In this document: positions 5,982 through 8,349 of the stretch, in pieces
How positions within the stretch are numbered: position 1 is the first letter of the stretch
How the letters are laid out: the number at the start of each line of letters is the position of its first letter
Origin: a virus
Taxonomy: Monodnaviria > Loebvirae > Hofneiviricota > Faserviricetes > Tubulavirales > Inoviridae
Length of the DNA stretch: 8,349 bases
Direction: 5' to 3' (one strand)
IMG/VR virus record: IMGVR_UViG_2718218102_000001
Notes under the pieces: generated by a model
Databases searched by the model: none
Seen by the model: only the letters and a program-made list of their open reading frames with translations
What the model was told of the DNA's origin: nothing
Translations under genes and position numbers: made by a program

Positions 5982-7076
5982 ATGGCGGTTCATGTAGTAA
6001 CAGGCAAATTAGGCTCAGGCAAGACACTTGTTAGTGTTTCCAGAATACAGGAAAGACTTGCTAAGGGTTGTCCTGTTGCCACTAATCTTGATCTTAAATT
6101 GCATAATATGCCTATGGTTGGGCGTTATGCGAAAAAAACGCGCGTTATTCGCATTCCTGACAAGCCTTCATTAAATGATTTACTTGCTATTGGTATTGGG
6201 AATACATCTTACGATGAATCCCGTAATGGCCTCCTTGTACTTGATGAATGTGGTACTTGGTTTAATTCCCGCTCATGGGGTGATAAAGACAGACAACCTG
6301 TTATTGACTGGTTTTTACATGCCAGAAAATTAGGCTGGGATATTATATTTTTGATTCAGGATATTTCGATAATGGATAAGCAAGCTCGTCTGGCGCTTGC
6401 TGAGCATGTTGTTTATTGTCGCCGTTCAGATAAATTAAACATTCCTTTTGTTGGCTCCATTATGAATTTGGTTTCAGGGGCGCGATTTTCTTTACCAAAG
6501 GTACACTTTGGCATTGTCAAATATGGTGATAACGTTAATTCAATTACTGTTGATAAATGGATATACACCGGAAAATCATTATATTCCGCCTACAATACAA
6601 AACAGGTTTTTACTGATAACTATCCGCATGGTGCTTATTCGCTTTTGCCACCATTTATCACGCACGGTCAATTTTCTGTTCACAGAGGATTTAATTATTA
6701 TATGCGCCTCACGAAAATTTATTTTCGCAAATCGAACCGTCTTATATTAATGCTTTCTTTTTTGGCGCTGGGGCTTGCGCTTGGTTTCTGGCTCCAGTCT
6801 GGAAAGAATGTTGATGAAATCTCCGCTATTAAATCTGCTTATGCTGAACAGGCGAGGGCGGTAACGCCTGATTCGTCCAGTGACTTACCCCGACTTTCTA
6901 TTAATTCTTTTTCACAACTTGGCTTTGACGTTTCCGTTACGTTTGTTGATGCAAAAGGTACGAAATATCAGTATTTTGATTTGATTAAAGATGGTTATTC
7001 CGTTGATATTAAAGATGCCTGTCGTGTTGTTATTAGAAAAGGCCGTTATTTACAGACTGTTATCTGTCAGGAGTAA
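5982..7076 (+). CDS. gI: assembly ATPase pI (Zot-like), 364 aa
   Basis: Walker A motif GKLGSGKT at residues 8-15. Long colinear similarity to M13 pI (MAVYFVTGKLGSGKTLVSV..., LLVLDECGTWFN..., FLHARKLGWDIIFL...; recalled). C-terminal membrane segment. Confidence 0.9.
   Translation: MAVHVVTGKLGSGKTLVSVSRIQERLAKGCPVATNLDLKLHNMPMVGRYAKKTRVIRIPDKPSLNDLLAIGIGNTSYDESRNGLLVLDECGTWFNSRSWGDKDRQPVIDWFLHARKLGWDIIFLIQDISIMDKQARLALAEHVVYCRRSDKLNIPFVGSIMNLVSGARFSLPKVHFGIVKYGDNVNSITVDKWIYTGKSLYSAYNTKQVFTDNYPHGAYSLLPPFITHGQFSVHRGFNYYMRLTKIYFRKSNRLILMLSFLALGLALGFWLQSGKNVDEISAIKSAYAEQARAVTPDSSSDLPRLSINSFSQLGFDVSVTFVDAKGTKYQYFDLIKDGYSVDIKDACRVVIRKGRYLQTVICQE
6702..7076 (+). CDS. gXI: pXI-like product from an in-frame internal start within gI (124 aa)
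   Basis: In-frame ATG at 6702 (pI residue 241, the same position as the M13 gene XI start), just before the TM segment LILMLSFLALGLALGFW. AGAGGA lies 12 nt upstream. Confidence 0.5.
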   Translation: MRLTKIYFRKSNRLILMLSFLALGLALGFWLQSGKNVDEISAIKSAYAEQARAVTPDSSSDLPRLSINSFSQLGFDVSVTFVDAKGTKYQYFDLIKDGYSVDIKDACRVVIRKGRYLQTVICQE

Positions 7077-7083
7077 TATTATT

Positions 7084-8349
7084 ATGCGCTCTGTTATTGT
7101 TGCTTTTTTATTTGCCTGTTCATTCTGCGTTTCTGCTGAAACTGTTAATTTAAACAATTCATCTGTTCGCTCATTTGTTCAGTGGTATTCTTCAAAAACT
7201 GGCAAGCCTGTTATTGTTAATCCTGATATTAAAGGAAACGTAACCGTATTTAATGCTGATGTTAATCCAACAAATATTGATGATTTCTTTAAGTCTGTTC
7301 TGAATGCTAACGGTTTTGTCATGCTTTCTGGCAATCCTGCGGTAGTCTCTTTGCCGTCTAAATTACCTTCACAGATGGTTTCGGATTCCGATGATTCTGA
7401 TAACCAGTCTTATGATACTTTTCCTTCTGAGCCATCTTACCAGCCAGTACCTGTGGCGCTTACGGTCAGAAATTTTAAGCTGACAAAAGTTAGATCGTCC
7501 GATGTTCAGCAACTGATTAAAATTTATCTTGATTCTAATGGTGGTGGTAATGTCGTGGATTATCCAGGCAATAACTCGCTGATTGTTTCTGCGCCTGACG
7601 AGCTGCTGCCGGTTCTGTCCGATTTTATCAATTCTGTGGATGTTGCCCGCGATCAGGTTCTCATTCAGTCGCTGATGTTTGAAACCAGCTTGTCTGATGG
7701 CGTTGATTTATCGTTTGCGGCAGGTTCTGCATCCGGTCATAAGGTTGCGGGGGGCTTTAATACTTCTGCACTGGGTAGCGCTCTTTCTACGGCGGGCGGT
7801 TCTTTTGGTATTTTTGATGGTAACGTGTTGGCGCTGTCTCTGCGTGCTGTCCAGAGTAATTCACGCTCTAAGGTGATTTCAACGCCGCGTATTCTTACTC
7901 AGTCTGGTCAGACTGGTTACATTTCCGTAGGTAAGAATGTGCCGTTTATCACCGGAAAGGTAACGGGCGAATCTGCCGGGGTAAATAATCCGTTTCAGAC
8001 TATCGAGCGTCATGATGTTGGCGTTTCTCTCAAGGTAACGCCTGTTGTCATGGGTAACGGGCAACTAGTTCTGACTATCGACACTCGCGCTGATTCAATC
8101 AGCAATGATGATCAGGCATCCGATATTATTACTAATCAGCGCCAGATTCAGACGACAGTCCAGATTAAGGATGGTCAGACGTTGTTATTGGGGGGGCTTA
8201 TCGATTCATCGTTTAGCAATGCTGAGCGTTCAGTTCCAGTTATAAGTAAAATTCCTCTTATAGGCTGGATTTTCAGTAGCAAGGCAGACAGCAATGAACA
8301 GCGTATTATGTATATTTTGCTTACAGCACATATCATTCGTCCACTTTGA
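7084..8349 (+). CDS. gIV: outer-membrane secretin pIV (about 421 aa)
   Basis: Start set at ATG 7084 giving signal peptide MRSVIVAFLFACSFCVSA|ET; the track ORF starts upstream inside gI. Strong similarity to M13 pIV throughout (NVPFITGKVTGESAGVNNPFQTIER, DGQTLLLGGL, SKIPLIGWIFSS). Stop TGA 8347-8349 is the window end. Confidence 0.9.
   Translation: MRSVIVAFLFACSFCVSAETVNLNNSSVRSFVQWYSSKTGKPVIVNPDIKGNVTVFNADVNPTNIDDFFKSVLNANGFVMLSGNPAVVSLPSKLPSQMVSDSDDSDNQSYDTFPSEPSYQPVPVALTVRNFKLTKVRSSDVQQLIKIYLDSNGGGNVVDYPGNNSLIVSAPDELLPVLSDFINSVDVARDQVLIQSLMFETSLSDGVDLSFAAGSASGHKVAGGFNTSALGSALSTAGGSFGIFDGNVLALSLRAVQSNSRSKVISTPRILTQSGQTGYISVGKNVPFITGKVTGESAGVNNPFQTIERHDVGVSLKVTPVVMGNGQLVLTIDTRADSISNDDQASDIITNQRQIQTTVQIKDGQTLLLGGLIDSSFSNAERSVPVISKIPLIGWIFSSKADSNEQRIMYILLTAHIIRPL

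Larger units (their letters stand above)
766..8349 (+). mobile_element. filamentous phage or prophage (Ff/IKe-class inovirus), truncated at the window end after gIV
   Basis: Complete canonical morphogenesis and replication gene set on one strand, divergent regulator, and a dif-like att structure at the left boundary. The right intergenic region and right end are outside the window. Confidence 0.8.

Noticed and set aside
6991-7083. 5' extension of the track's gIV ORF (MVIPLILKMPVV...)
   Set aside because: It overlaps the end of gI; ATG 7084 gives a canonical signal peptide matching the Ff pIV N-terminus.
5633-8064. Track ORFs 5633..5818, 6508..6750, 7679..7876 and 7879..8064
   Set aside because: Alternate-frame or antisense ORFs nested in gVI, gI and gIV with no independent support.
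1-8349. tRNA, rRNA or other structured RNA genes
   Set aside because: No cloverleaf-compatible or rRNA-like segments seen; the window is densely protein-coding apart from the short hairpin regions described.

Overview
This window holds an almost complete filamentous phage (Inoviridae, Ff/IKe class) on the + strand, with an accessory region and a candidate Xer recombination site to its left. The core runs 2441-8349 in the canonical order gII(/gX)-gV-gVII-gIX-gVIII-gIII-gVI-gI(/gXI)-gIV; gIV stops exactly at the window end. Upstream of gII lies a 170-bp repeat-rich intergenic region and a divergent small ribbon-helix-helix-like regulator (minus strand). Further left is a minus-strand three-gene accessory operon of unknown function (a 4-TM membrane protein, a membrane-anchored protein and a soluble protein). 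The most notable feature is at 766-863: an exact E. coli-type dif XerC arm (GGTGCGCATAA) followed by a degenerate XerD arm, a perfect 11-bp palindrome, and a second dif-like site in inverted orientation. This matches the architecture of a CTXphi-type folded single-strand attP, or the left junction of a dif-integrated prophage. The left flank (1-765) carries two small + strand ORFs and two stem-loops of unknown origin. All calls are from reading the sequence and recalled protein families; no database search was run.
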